This document shows, piece by piece, positions 26,930 through 39,330 of a DNA stretch of 64,000 bases (within the stretch, counting starts at the first letter, position 1; every line of letters starts with the position of its first letter). This DNA is from Eledone cirrhosa. Lineage: Eukaryota. The stretch is taken from NCBI GenBank assembly GCA_964016885.1, contig OZ024744.1:71238001-71302000 (forward strand), given 5' to 3'. Both the position numbers and the translations under genes were made by a program. The notes below the pieces were generated by a model that had not been told where the DNA came from, did no database searches, and saw nothing but the letters and a program-made list of their open reading frames with translations.

Positions 26930-29230
26930 ATTTTTCATAACGGATTCCTTCTAACATGCACGCTGCCTCATCGACACGGGTGCGTCTTGCAGTATTTGGC
27001 CTTTGAAACTTTTGAGAGAGAAATCTCCTCTCTCAGATATCACTACAAGCTATAAACCATTCAGCTTTCCCTACGTATGGACAAATCTCTCGCTCTTTGG
27101 ACCTGTATTTACGTAGAGATTTCTCATGGATTTTCACCACAGCTGATTTGTCATATCCTATTCTGGGTGCTGATTTTTTGCATCATTACAATCTTATGGT
27201 TGATATGCGGACACGTAGTTTACTAGACGCAACTACAAATCTTTCTGCGCTTGGACGTATTTCATTAATCCAGTCTATCAGTCCAGTCTTCTACATCGCT
27301 GCTTCGGATGACCCGTATCATACGCTTTTGCATTCCTTTCTGGAATTAACTAATCTGAACTTTGCGGTAGATACCCCTACTTACGCTACCACGCATTTTA
27401 TTGGATTACGCAACGCTGCTAGTACTTTCCAGCGATTTATGGACGAAGATTTTGTATATTGTTACATCGATGATATTCTCATCGCGAGTGCTTCACCGGA
27501 GGACCATATCTCGCACCTCCGCCAACTGTTTGAACGATTTAAGTAGTACCAAGTTCGTATTAACACTGCGAAGTGTATTTTCGGCGCTGCTTCACTCGTC
27601 TTCTTAGGCCACGTGATTAACTCTGAAGGAATATTCCCACTTCCTGAGAAAGTGAAGACTCTTCAGGAACTCCCTCCCCCTGCTTCCTTGCGACAGCTAC
27701 GGCAGTTCCTGGGCCTCCTAAATTATTATCGACGGTTTATCCCGCATTGCGCAGAACTCTTAGCTCCACTATCTGATCTCCTGCGTAACAGAAAGAAGAA
27801 CGAACCAATCGCTTTGGGAACCATGCAACTTGAAGCATTCTCCAAAGCTAAACAGAATTTAGCAAACGCATCTCTACTTGCACACCTTGTGTCTGGTGTC
27901 CAGTTTTCGCTGGTTGTTGATGCATTAAGCACAGCGGTAGGTGCAGTATTGCAACATCATCACCAACAACAGCTTCAACCTCTTGCTTTCTTTGCAAAGC
28001 AACTAAAGCCCGCCGAATCCCGCTATAGCACCTTCGGCCGCGAACTGTTAGCCATTTTCCTTGCTGTCAAACACTTTCGGTATTCACTGGAAGGTCGACA
28101 ATTTATGATCTATACTGACCATCGTCCACTTATGTTCGCACTTAGTTCCAATCCGGACAAATACTCACCTCAAGAAACTCATTTGGACTTCATATCCCAG
28201 TTTACGAATGACATTCGTCATATTCCTGGTGAACAAAATACAGCGGCGGATGATTTATCTCGCCTACCCATCAATGCCTTGTCAGCACCTGCGAATATCG
28301 ACTTGCATCTTATGGCTGCAGAACAGCCCACCCTAGAGTCGCTGGATCTCGCTTCACCTGAATTAGCAACCTGCCAATTCAAATATCTGCCTGTACCCAC
28401 TTCGGATTCTCAGATTCTGTGTGATACTGCGACAGATTCACCTCGTCCTCTGGCCCCAGAGACTCATCGTCGAATAGTTTTCGACTCTCTACACAGTTTG
28501 GCACACCCCGGAATTTCCGCCACAGCGAAACTCATTTCAGCTAGATTCTTCTGGCCGAATATGAGACGTGATATCACTGCTTGGTCACGTTCCTGTTTGT
28601 CTTATCAGAAGTCGAAGATGCATAAACATATTCGCGCACCTCTCGGCAAATTTAGCACACCTGACGCACATTTTTTCCACATACATATTGATATCGTGGG
28701 ACCTTGGCCTACCAGTCGTGGATGTTCATACATCCTAACCTGCATTGAGCGTTTCACCCGATGGCCTGAAGCTATCCCTCTTAGTGACATAATTGCTGAA
28801 TCGGTAGCGCGAGCCCTGGTTGCAGGATGGATATCGCGCTATGGAATTCCTACCACTATTACTATAGACCGTGGTAGGCAGTTCGAATCTCAACTTTTCA
28901 CGGATCTATCAAAGATCATCGGTGCTCAACGCATCAGGACTACCAGTTACCATCCTGCATCTAATGGAATGGTAGAGCGTTTTCATCGCCAGTTAAAGGC
29001 CACATTGCGTGCTTAATCGGATACTCTACATTGGAGCGACTACCTCCTCATAGTACTACACGGTTTCCGCACTTCAATTAAAGAGGACCTTGGATTCTCT
29101 CCAGTCGAGCTTTTGTACGGCATTACTTTATCTTTGCCAGGGCAGATGCTTGCTCCAGTCGACCTTTCTACTCAGGATCCTACACTTTATGTGATTCGTT
29201 TGCGTTCGTATTCTGGACCCTATCGCGTAC
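26930..29230 (+). pseudogene. Gypsy pol (protease, deleted RT, RNase H, integrase)
   Basis: Protease LIDTGA and PILGADFL; RT GLRNAASTFQRFMD and YIDDILI; RNase H VDA...RYSTFGRELLA...TDHRPL; integrase H-H-C-C region, HIDIVGP and YHPASNGMVERFHR. Contains stops and deletions. Confidence 0.9.
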
Positions 29231-29593
29231 TTGCACGCACAGATAAACATTTCACCATTGACTTTGATGGACATAAAGACAGTCTCTATTGACAGACTAA
29301 AGCGGGCCTACACAGATGCTCTCACACCAGAACCCCATACTCCCCCCTCCTACAATGTCAATACAAACACCACAATCACATACAAATACTCCTTTACCAT
29401 CAACATATATCACGACAACTCCTAGTGGTCGTCATGTCCATTGGCCCAAGAAACTTTGTAAAACAATTTACTTATGAACTATTCTTTTCTCTTTTTTCTT
29501 CATTTTTATATTTGCTTTGCATGACTTATGTTACTTTTGCAGACATTTTCTCCTCGTTTTGATCGACTGCTTTCCAGTCTAAGCAGAGGGTGA

Positions 29594-30000
29594 TGTAGTG
29601 GAGCTACGTCGTACCTCGCAATAGCAACATTTTCATATGCAATAAGGTTAAATTGACCAATGGTAAATCGTGTATGAATACATGTTCACTCTCTCTCACT
29701 GACTGGTGAAGAACCACAGTACGGAGAAGACCAGGAGATGGGTACTGACGTGTGAAGAATTATTATAAAATGACTCCTACATTCCTTTCGACAATAAAAA
29801 TTATATTTATAGATGATTGAGCGTTAAAGAGATATTTATTTATATCCTGGAAGTCAGAAGCATGTTATTACCAATACAGCTACCAACTCATCAACTAAGG
29901 TATTTCTCTTATACCATTTGTAAAAACAAGATCCTTAGAAGATTATAACTTGCAGTTATAAAAAAATATAGATAATATTTAACTTCTCATCCTAACTATA
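29594..30000 (+). repeat. 3' LTR
   Basis: Direct repeat of 25330-25736. Confidence 0.95.
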
Positions 30001-30228
30001 TAGTTGTTGTTGCTGTTGTTATTGCTGTAATTGCTGTTGATGTTGTTGTTGTTATTGTTGTAGTTGTAGCTGTTGTTGTTGCTGTTGATGTTGTTGATGA
30101 TGATGTTGTTGATGTTTTTGTTGTTGTTCTTGCTACTGTTTCTATCGTTGTTGTTGTTGTTATTGTTATTTTTTTTATTGTTATTGTTATTGTATTTGTT
30201 GTTAGTGCTATTGTTGTTGTTGTTATTT
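30001..30228. repeat. Imperfect (GTT)n microsatellite
   Basis: Directly visible in the sequence. Confidence 0.9.
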
Positions 30229-30944
30229 ATTCCCCCCCCCCCATCCTTCCTTAATCAGACCTAATCAGACAGAGGTATTCTAGTCATGGCCATTCATCAT
30301 CCTTTCAAGAATATTGTATCTCAGACAACAATTACTCCCAATTTTTTTTTTATGTGATTTGAAGATTTGGCTGCTATTTCTAGTAGGTCATTGCTAAATA
30401 ATATACGATGATGATGATGATGCTGTTATTGTCGTCGTCGTTGTTGTTGTTGTGGTTGTTGTTATTGTTGCTGTCGCTGTTTAGCCCACATATCAAACCT
30501 CATTGAGCAGACCTATAATAGAAGGCATTCCAGCCAAAACCATCCCATCCCATCTTTTTGTAAAATAAAATGTGATGGTCCAATGTGTCCTTCCATTTTA
30601 ATGATGGTAAGGATTGATTTTAGGGCGATTTAGCTGCTATTTCTAGTGGGCTGAACTACCACGTACAAGCATCTTTGTTTACTTGTAATAAACAATGTTA
30701 TTCTATGATGTAGCTCTAGTTATGTTCCCATTTAAATTTCCTTCTCTTCTAAAATCATAACCGGTTTCTCAATAAGCTCTTTACTTTTGGCTTATGTTAA
30801 TCCTTTCTTTGACCATTTATGATATCATCTTACTTAATACTCTCAAATGAATAGAAATAGTTATGTAAGTGAAGTTCATAGGCTACACTGCAACATAAAA
30901 ATAGCATGGAACCTGCACCATGATATTGGTAATTCTATTCTACA

Positions 30945-31355
30945 CCCAGTCCACACTGTAAAGTGATCGTGTAGGTGTCACAAGAAAAAGTGCCCAGTCA
31001 ACACTGTGAAGTGGTCATGTTGGTGTCACAACAAAAAGTATCCAGTCCACACTCTAAAGTGGTCTTATAGGAGTCAAGACAAAAAGCACCCAGTCCACAC
31101 TGTAAAGTGGTCATGTAGGTGTCACAACAATGAGTGCCCAGTCCACACTGCAAAGCAGTCATGTAGGGGTCTCAACAAAAATGACCCAGTACACACTGTA
31201 AATGTGTTTGGCATTAGGAAGGGCATCCAACCATAGAAACCAAGCCCAAATCAGTTCTGTGTGAGCAAATTACAGTCCTCCTACCTAGATCTCTCACAAA
31301 CGGGACAGTACGTCCTACTCATAGTAGCATGGAAAATGATGATGATGATGATGAT
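30945..31355 (+). mobile_element. RTE 3' UTR fragment with about 5.5 tandem 48-bp units
   Basis: Units start at 30945, 30993, 31041, 31089, 31137 and 31185, followed by the conserved RTE end and (GAT)n. Confidence 0.85.
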
Positions 31356-33317
31356 CTGTCCTGTCTTCTCTTATATTCATTAATTTTGCTTTGATTTATT
31401 ACAATTTACAGGAGAGACGTAGTTGATTAAATCAATTCAAGAAAATATGTTGTATGCATTAGCATGCAGAGGCGGGTGGGTGACTGTACATTGGCCCTGG
31501 GCATCCTTTGGATGGGGGCATCATTTGGGGAAAAGAACTTAATAAATTTGATTGATTTATATTAAAATCGAATAAACCGTTTATTTCATGTTTCATCTGT
31601 GTTTATATATTCAAAACGTTTTCCTTTCTCATAATATTTCTCAGTATATAAGGCATTATACTTGAGTCTTTGGGGCATACAATCAAGATTTGCCCTGGAC
31701 ATCACTAGAGCTCTGCATGCCGCTGGTTGTATGACTCATACTTATTTTCTTGATCTCAAGTGGGTAAAAAACAAAATCAACTTCAATCGAATTTGAACCT
31801 AGAATAAAAAGGAAGATGAATGCAACTAAATACCACAAGGTATCTAGTCCAGTTCTCTACTATCTCTGCCATTTTACCATCACCACTGTCATCACTTACA
31901 CAAGATTAGATGATTAATACTTTTATACATTTACTTCATTCACTTATATTGTTAGGTAGTATTTTTTTTTCTCAGTGTTTCTTTTTTATTGAACCAGGTT
32001 GTAATTCTTTGCTCTCGGGAAGCCATTCTAAAGACTTCTGTTTTTTCTTTGTAATCCACCATGTTTGTTCATCCCCAGCTATTGTATACCTGAAAAAAAT
32101 TCACATACAACGATGTTCTTTTTGAGATATATATATTCTGCTTTATTCTTTTTCTGTTGCTTGAATTCCTTTTCTGTCTCTGTATATCCTCTATTGATCA
32201 ATATGCTGCGCCATAAAATTATTTTTACTTTTTCTAACATATCTCTACTTGAACAATAGCTAAATCTGCTGTGTTGTGATGTAACCCTCTGCCTTCTTCT
32301 TTTATTGGTATCTGTTGCTCATAGGCAGCATGTTTTACAAGCTTCTATGTTGCAATTCTACAAACATAAGTTACAGCCTTCTATAGTTATTTGAGAGGCA
32401 TTCACCCACAATCAATTCTTCTACAAGATGACCATCAGAGGGCGGGGAGCAAACAATCTTTTCATACATCTTGTAGCTTAGAAGATCTCTCTTCTCCTCA
32501 TTTATATCTAGACCTTCTGATCCCTTGTTAAAAGGATCTCAACCTACTTTGAGAAGCCTTTTTACCTGCCACTCCATAATTCTCATAGTATTGTAAGCAC
32601 CAGGAGAAATAAAACTTCCCTTTTCTCTACCTATTTTGATGCTAAACCAACTTTGAATACACAATAAATACTCCATCGGAGTTTCTTTTTTTTATCTCAT
32701 CCGCCTTACCATTTACAAATACTTTCTATAAATCTCACACACAACACACACCTATACACATATGTACACCCATCTCCACCCCCCACCCCACACATACATA
32801 CACACATGGACACATACAGACACATGCATTCGGAATCACAACTAAAGAAAGCCATCCTCCTTATAGACAAACTTTCATTCATCACCAACAAACTACAACC
32901 ATTACATAAGACCATATCATATTTTTTCTCAGTTTTTTCCCCCCATCTCCATAACAATGATTATTAGTTCCCTCCAACATTCTAACAGTATCTCACCTCC
33001 ATCTAAATCTATTCATTTCACCTTCTCCTTTTCTTGTATACCTTCTATATTTCATACAAAATAAAAGTGGTTGTTAAAACTGTTAGAAATAGCAACCTCA
33101 AAATAATCTTAAAACAAGAATGGACACAAGATAGTTTCAACGTAAACATGCCTTAAAGATGGGATGGTCATGAATGGAATACTTTTATTATAGATATATT
33201 GTATCAGGATTAATTCAATTAAAACAGTTTAATCCTGTAACTGTAAAAGTGAATTCCACTGAAAGAAAACTTGCTGTCTTTTTTTCTTTTCAATCATTTA
33301 TTTTCCTTGGTTTAAAG

Positions 33318-33654
33318 CAGAGGTTCTCAAAGTGGGTGCTACCACCACCCTGGGGGGATGGAGAAGATCCAAGGGGCTGCTGGGGCCTAAGGCGATGGGC
33401 GGTAGAGATGATATAATAGTATATTAAATATCAATGATACATATTATGCATAAATATAGTAAAATATAAAATATATAATATTTATTTATACATAGTATAT
33501 ATTATGTTATTTATTATATATAAATTAACGATTTTATTTATATATTATTTACAATTTGCGTGTAAGCAGGTCTCTCTGGAAATAGGGGTGGCGTGCTGAG
33601 GGTATTATTACATGACCATGAGGGGGGGGGGTCCCAAAAGTTTGAGAACCTCTG
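33318..33654. mobile_element. hAT-type MITE
   Basis: TIRs CAGAGGTTCTCAAA and TTTGAGAACCTCTG with a perfect 8-bp TSD GTTTAAAG. A partial copy lies at ~57421-57643. Confidence 0.9.
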
Positions 33655-34512
33655 GTTTAAAGTGAGGACAACCCAGTTGTAGCTTTCTAAATACCTTAGT
33701 GAAGGAGTACTTAGAAAGGCATTGAGTTCACATCACTCTTCGTCCTCCCCATACAAAACAGTCTACAAACAGCGTGTTTTTCTCACCATCCTCTATTCTG
33801 TCTGCTGGGGCTGCAGGACCCCCATTTGCTGATAATAGTGAGAGATGGGGAGAGCGGGAGAGATGGAGGCAGTGGCAGTAGGAGTTTGGTTCCTTTGTGT
33901 TTAGACCTGGTGTATATGTATTATATGTTGCATGGACATACACCATGACTATATACATATATAGATATATACATATGTCTGTTTTGTATTAGGACAGTTC
34001 CAGCATTTGTGAATTGAACTAGCTGTCAAGTCTACCAATATTATGCTGTTGTATAGTGTATTATATGTAGATAGTAGGTAAAATCTTCATTTATATCCAT
34101 CATTCTCAAAATCAGAATTTTACACCCATTTTCCATGCAGACTTGAGTTGGATAGGTCATCACAGTCTGAGACAAGACATTGGATAACTAGATCTTATTC
34201 AAACATTCTGAATTTTGGCTTATTTACTAATGTCAACGACTTTACAGAGAGCATTTTGTGCATTTTATCAAAGCACAAGTACTCAGCAAGCCTGAAGAGT
34301 CTTCTCTATCTTATATCATCATTGTTAAATCACCAACCACTTTACAATGTGTATTGGGTATATTTTGTCATTGCAGTAGCAGTCAAGTGGTTCTCATGTA
34401 CTCTAAAAGTCCAAAGTCTCCTCTCTACTCTACATTGTCTCAGATCATTTGTCAACCACTTTACTAGAGGGTTTTGAATGCATTCCATTATGACACCTAC
34501 GCTAGTTAGGTT

Positions 34513-36330
34513 GTTCTCAGGCTAAATGAGTCTCCAATCTCTCACCACATTTATATTACATTTAAATTACATATTAGCCATAAAATATCTCAGTATTGGT
34601 ATGGTCCCATCTTAATGTTGTACCTTCTATATAGGTTTGTGTCAAAGATCTTTTTCACTATCAGCTTACATTTTTTTCAAGTATACTCTCTATTTCACTT
34701 CATCATACAGCAAAATATACTATTATTTTTATAATTCATCTCCCTTCAGTGATCATATTTTTTAAATATCTCGGAGACTGATCTAGAGAGAGGTGCTATG
34801 CTCCATAGCCCTCTTTTATCTCTGATACCAATGAAATTATTGCCAATAATCAAAGAAATAGTGCTGTTTTCATTCTTAAAATTGATTTAACAAAATATTA
34901 ATTAAAATTCTCATTAAAAATATTTGTTTACATACCAAATATTTATATTACTTAGACAATAACATTATTAATCTAATTTTTTAAAAATTAAGTCTTCAAT
35001 TGTATTTTGATTTATATTTTTATCAGTGTAGTCTAAAAAAAAACACTATTTATTTTTTTATTTGAACTTATATAATGAAAAACTAAAATGCTCATGTTTT
35101 TTCCATGACAAGCTGTACCTAAATCACTGTAAATGAATTGGAAGGTGTCAAGCACTTCCTCACCTCCCAATTTAATTTTAGGTTGACATGTTTACAGTTT
35201 GATTTCCTATCATATTAAGATTTTATATTTTAGATAGCAGTTTGTATTTTTTATATGTTTTATTTATAATTATATTATTTTAGAGGTGCACCAAGTTCTT
35301 TCTCGTTGTAAACCAGTATGGAATGGATCAGAATTTGGGGCCAACCAGTGTAGAGGATGTGAGACATATGATTCTGTAGGACAGCAGTTCCCAAGCTCAA
35401 TTAGTCATTGAATCCTAACATTATTTACCTGAACCATAGAACTAATACCTGTTTTATACAGACAATCGTCACCACCAATATTTTAATAAGATGTTAAATC
35501 AACACTTTTATTTACCATATTTCTAATGAAAAACAGCCAAGAATTTGGAGGGATTTAATTTTCTCCTTTTGTCATTGAATTCTTACACTATTTTCCAGAA
35601 TAATGAAGCAAGGCGAGGGATTCCGTAAGGCGCAAATTGAAGTTTACTATAAAAATAAAGACTAACAAGTTGTAACATGTATGATCGGTATATACTCTCC
35701 ATATAAACATGCAAAGAGTGTTACACTGCGGAGCTCTCAGCCAAATAGTTCAGTTGGATTGTAGTATTCCATTATTAAGGGTGTACTGTGAGCACCATGT
35801 AATACTCAGAATTATAATCAGATTTATAACTTTTTACAATAAACTTACATATTAGAATCTCTCATTTGAATATTTAAGTTCTCTATTAAACGTAACCATA
35901 GGTACCAAGTTTCACACGGTGAGCATGTGCTGTATCCGGTATCAATAAACATTTGCTCCTTGTCAACGAATGTATTTTTGAGTTTTATTAACATTTTTAT
36001 TTTCAAAGCCCTTCGATGGATCGATGGTTAAATAAACAAGAAATTCGTAAAGGAACTGAAATTACAAGAAATACAGAAACAAAATCTTTTATAGAAGATA
36101 CAGAAATTGCTGAACATGCAGCACAACCTTCCGCAACTACTAGTTTAATTCATGTGCAGCAGAGTTCCGCGATAAAAAAAAGTTTGGGAACCACTGCTCT
36201 AGAGTATATATTGTATGGTTGCTGTTATTTTATTGAGTGGTGATGGTGTAGAATTGTAGAATGTGTTTTGAGTGTTCTGTTATATTATTCAGTTGTCATT
36301 GTGTGTGTGTGTATAGTAATAATTATTAAA
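34513..36330 (+). repeat. Arm A of an inverted segmental duplication, interrupted by a hAT fragment at ~35610-36196
   Basis: Reverse complement of 51628-52462 plus 53629-54068. Confidence 0.9.
35610..36196. mobile_element. One-ended hAT/Charlie-like fragment
   Basis: Ends in AGTTTGGGAACCACTG followed by CTCTAGAG. It is absent from duplication arm B. Confidence 0.6.
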
Positions 36331-36759
36331 AAAGCCTTTATATAAATATGCATATATATGTGTGTGTATATATGTGTGTGTGTTTATATATATACCTATT
36401 CTGAACAAACAATCCCTACTACCATCATTTTAATAACTCATTAAATTAACACTTTTATAACAATATTTCCTATTAAAAACATTGTCAGGAATACTACACT
36501 GGTTCTTCAAACATAACTATAGAAAATTATGGTAGAATGTTTTAAGCACTTTCAAATAATAATATTTGTATCATAGAAAGAGGGCCAGGGCTTTGGTATC
36601 ACGAGTGAAACAGAAATCATTTTAGAGACAGAATTTATTCATATATATATCTAAAATCCAGGGCTTTCTCCCTCCTGTTGGAGAATTATTAAAAATTGTG
36701 CATAGCCTTAAATATAAATAGGCATATATATATATATATATAGATATATATATATATAA

Positions 36760-37021
36760 TAAATTGAAGACTAAAATCCAACAAAGATAATACGTCATTA
36801 TGTGGCGCGATGAGAACAATTACACTCAAAGACAAAACCACGTTTATGGTATAAATGAAGTCGTAGACTAAAATTCTATTTAGGAAACCGAATGATTCTC
36901 GGCTTCAGAGTTAAGAATAATGTAAATAAATTACAGAGGTTATTGAAATCAACAATAATTAAATATATACATGTACACATCCATATACGTACATACACAT
37001 GCATACGCGAAAACACCCGCC

Positions 37022-37022
<1 letters not shown>
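36760..37022 (-). mobile_element. Fragment of the Naiad-type 3' UTR
   Basis: Reverse complement of ~17260-17620 (TTATTCTTAACTCTGAAGCCGAGAATCATTCGGTTTCCTA...). Confidence 0.8.
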
Positions 37023-37055
<33 letters not shown>

Positions 37056-37402
37056 AAATAAATATATATTTGAAATGTACCAAGCCCACTTATAAAGTAT
37101 CAGTGTTGGTGTGATGATAAGATGCACTCAGTATGCATTGTAAAGCAGTTGGCATTAGAAAGAGCATCCAACCATAACAACCATGCCAAACTGAAACATA
37201 TGAGCAGCATATGGTTATCTAACCTGACTTGTCTTAGAATGTAACAACTTGTGCTAGGAAAGAGCACAGACATAAAATGGTGATGATAATGATGATCATT
37301 ATCATCATTTCATATGTATGTATGCCTAGTGAGACATGCTCCTCAGCCTGTCTAGAAAAGCAGTAGCCCCTATCAACTATTGAGAAAGTCTGCAATGTGA
37401 AA

Positions 37403-37434
<32 letters not shown>

Positions 37435-37574
37435 ATGTATATGTACATGTATGTGTGTCAGTTTCTGTATATCATTGTGTGTGTATATATCTATATATAT
37501 GAAATAATAAAAGAATATATATATAAATAAAATAACAGGAGGCTGGACTGGTGTAAATCCTTGAAAGGTTTATT

Positions 37575-37632
37575 ATACTATGATCATTTCAATGACCGGG
37601 TTCCATATGAATCCGGTGATTTCATCAGGTAT
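37575..37632 (-). ncRNA. Type I hammerhead ribozyme, intact core
   Basis: Minus strand: auac CUGAUGA aaucaccggauuc auaug gaacccggucauu GAAA ugauca UA guau, with a palindromic stem III. Confidence 0.85.
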
Positions 37633-38429
37633 TCGAAATATAGCAAAGGAATATGTAAAAAACCATGGGTCTGAAAAATCAGAGACAGAGAGGACGACTG
37701 ACCAACTAGCTGCTTTCACCTCGGCCAGTCGCCCTCAAAGTGATGGCAACTCAGTCTACTAATGGCCATCTGGTCATCAGTACCACCCCCCTCTGTCAAA
37801 GAATAAAAAAGGGGAAGAAAGAAAGAAAGGAAGAAAGAAGAAAAAAAAAGAAGTCAGCATAAGGGTCACACTACAGTCATGCTAGAAAACGCAGCGAAAA
37901 ATGTTATTCCAAAGAATCTATATTTTAACAAAGGCATATATAATGGGTGTCTGTATGGTCTAATGTGTGAACAAAAAATTGGAACATTAAACTTATGTTA
38001 CGAATTATAGGATGAAATTAAATTAAAAAATTATAAATTGAAAAATAATAAATTGAAAAATAAATTAAAAAAATTTTTAAATTATTAAAAAATTAAAGGT
38101 CAAGGTAGCGAGATTTATTTAATGAACTTACAGACAGAGTCTTATATGAAAAAGTTAATCTCGATAAGATTTCAGGGTGGGCTATAGAGTAAAGATTAAA
38201 GCCTTCGATTGTGAATCCCAGCCAGCACCTCCTAACCACATGTCAGCCAGTTTCGAGTGGTATCGTCCAGCGAAAGAAATGGAAATTAATTTTTCCGAGT
38301 ACTCTAGGAACGTAGCTACCTTAGGCTCTGGGTGTGCTAGCAGGAAGTCTACAATTTCAACAGTCTATACCAAGCGAATACTATTAATTCACACATGAGG
38401 GGTTTATTTACATGCCAGTAGAGGCATGA

Positions 38430-38968
38430 TACAGCTACGGAGTAAGCAGACCCAGAAAAACCTGGGACGACTTGATAAATTCCGACCTTACACACTTACA
38501 CCTCTCCAAGACAATGTCACTGGACTGAGATCTTTGGCGCTACGCAGTAATACAGAATAGCCGCCTTGCCTAAGTACAAAGCGAAACCTACAGTCAGTAG
38601 GCACCTCTTAACCAATATACACCCCCGTCCCACTACCTCTACCCCCACCCCCATCTACACCACCCCTTTCGATGTAAAGTTATGTTGGTATCACAACACC
38701 CAGTCCTGAATAAATGAGGTCGTGTAGGTGTCACGAAAAAAAAACACACAGTCCACGCTGAATATGTCCATGTAGGTGACACTGTAAAAACCTCCCAGTC
38801 CACACTGTAAACGTGGTTGGTGTTAGGAAGGGCATCCAGCTGTAGAAAACCTGCCAGACAGTCCTACACGAGCAAGACAACCAATCTTGCCTCAAGTGGG
38901 ACAATTCTTGTCTAAACACATGCTAGCATCGAAGATAGACGTTAAACAATGATGATGATGATGATGAT
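38430..38968 (+). mobile_element. RTE 3' fragment
   Basis: RPRKTW-coding segment, 3' UTR repeats and a (GAT)n tail. Confidence 0.75.
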
Positions 38969-39027
38969 ATATATATACAAAATATGAAGAAATAATAGTA
39001 AAAAAAATACCTATTTTTTCTTCAAAG

Positions 39028-39109
39028 TTCCAACTGTAGTTTTGCCAATCCGTATGCACTGATTTCTGCACTTTAAAAGAGTGTAAGGTTGATACGGCTT
39101 ATCAGGAGA
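39028..39109 (-). ncRNA. Decayed hammerhead ribozyme
   Basis: Minus strand: CUGAUAA gccguau...auacggauuggc AAAA cuacag UU gga. The core deviations are G>A changes. Confidence 0.45.
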
Positions 39110-39273
39110 TCCCTCAGAAAAAAAAGGTCTGTTTCTGGATGCGTTTATAGCAAGTGAGAAAGTCTCATAGGCGGAAGGAGAGATTAACACGTGAAACAGT
39201 GATAAAATAAAAAGGATTGTTTCTTTCGTAGCAAGTGAGAATTTCTCGAGAGGCAGAGAGAGAGATAAACACA

Positions 39274-39326
<53 letters not shown>

Positions 39327-39330
<4 letters not shown>

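Larger units (their letters stand above)
25330..30000 (+). mobile_element. Ty3/Gypsy LTR retrotransposon with both LTRs, defective
   Basis: 407-bp LTRs at 25330-25736 and 29594-30000; 4-bp TSD TAGT; PBS TGGTGACCCGAC at 25740; polypurine tract AAGCAGAGGG at 29581; gag-PR-RT-RH-IN order. Confidence 0.95.

Noticed and set aside
30945-31200. Regular repeats resembling a CRISPR array
   Set aside because: These are head-to-tail 48-bp units without unique spacers, inside a eukaryotic RTE 3' UTR, with no cas genes.
31950-32700. Possible coding sequence on the minus strand (also 63030-64000)
   Set aside because: Multiple stops are present. These are probably very old LINE remnants, but the motifs are too decayed to call.
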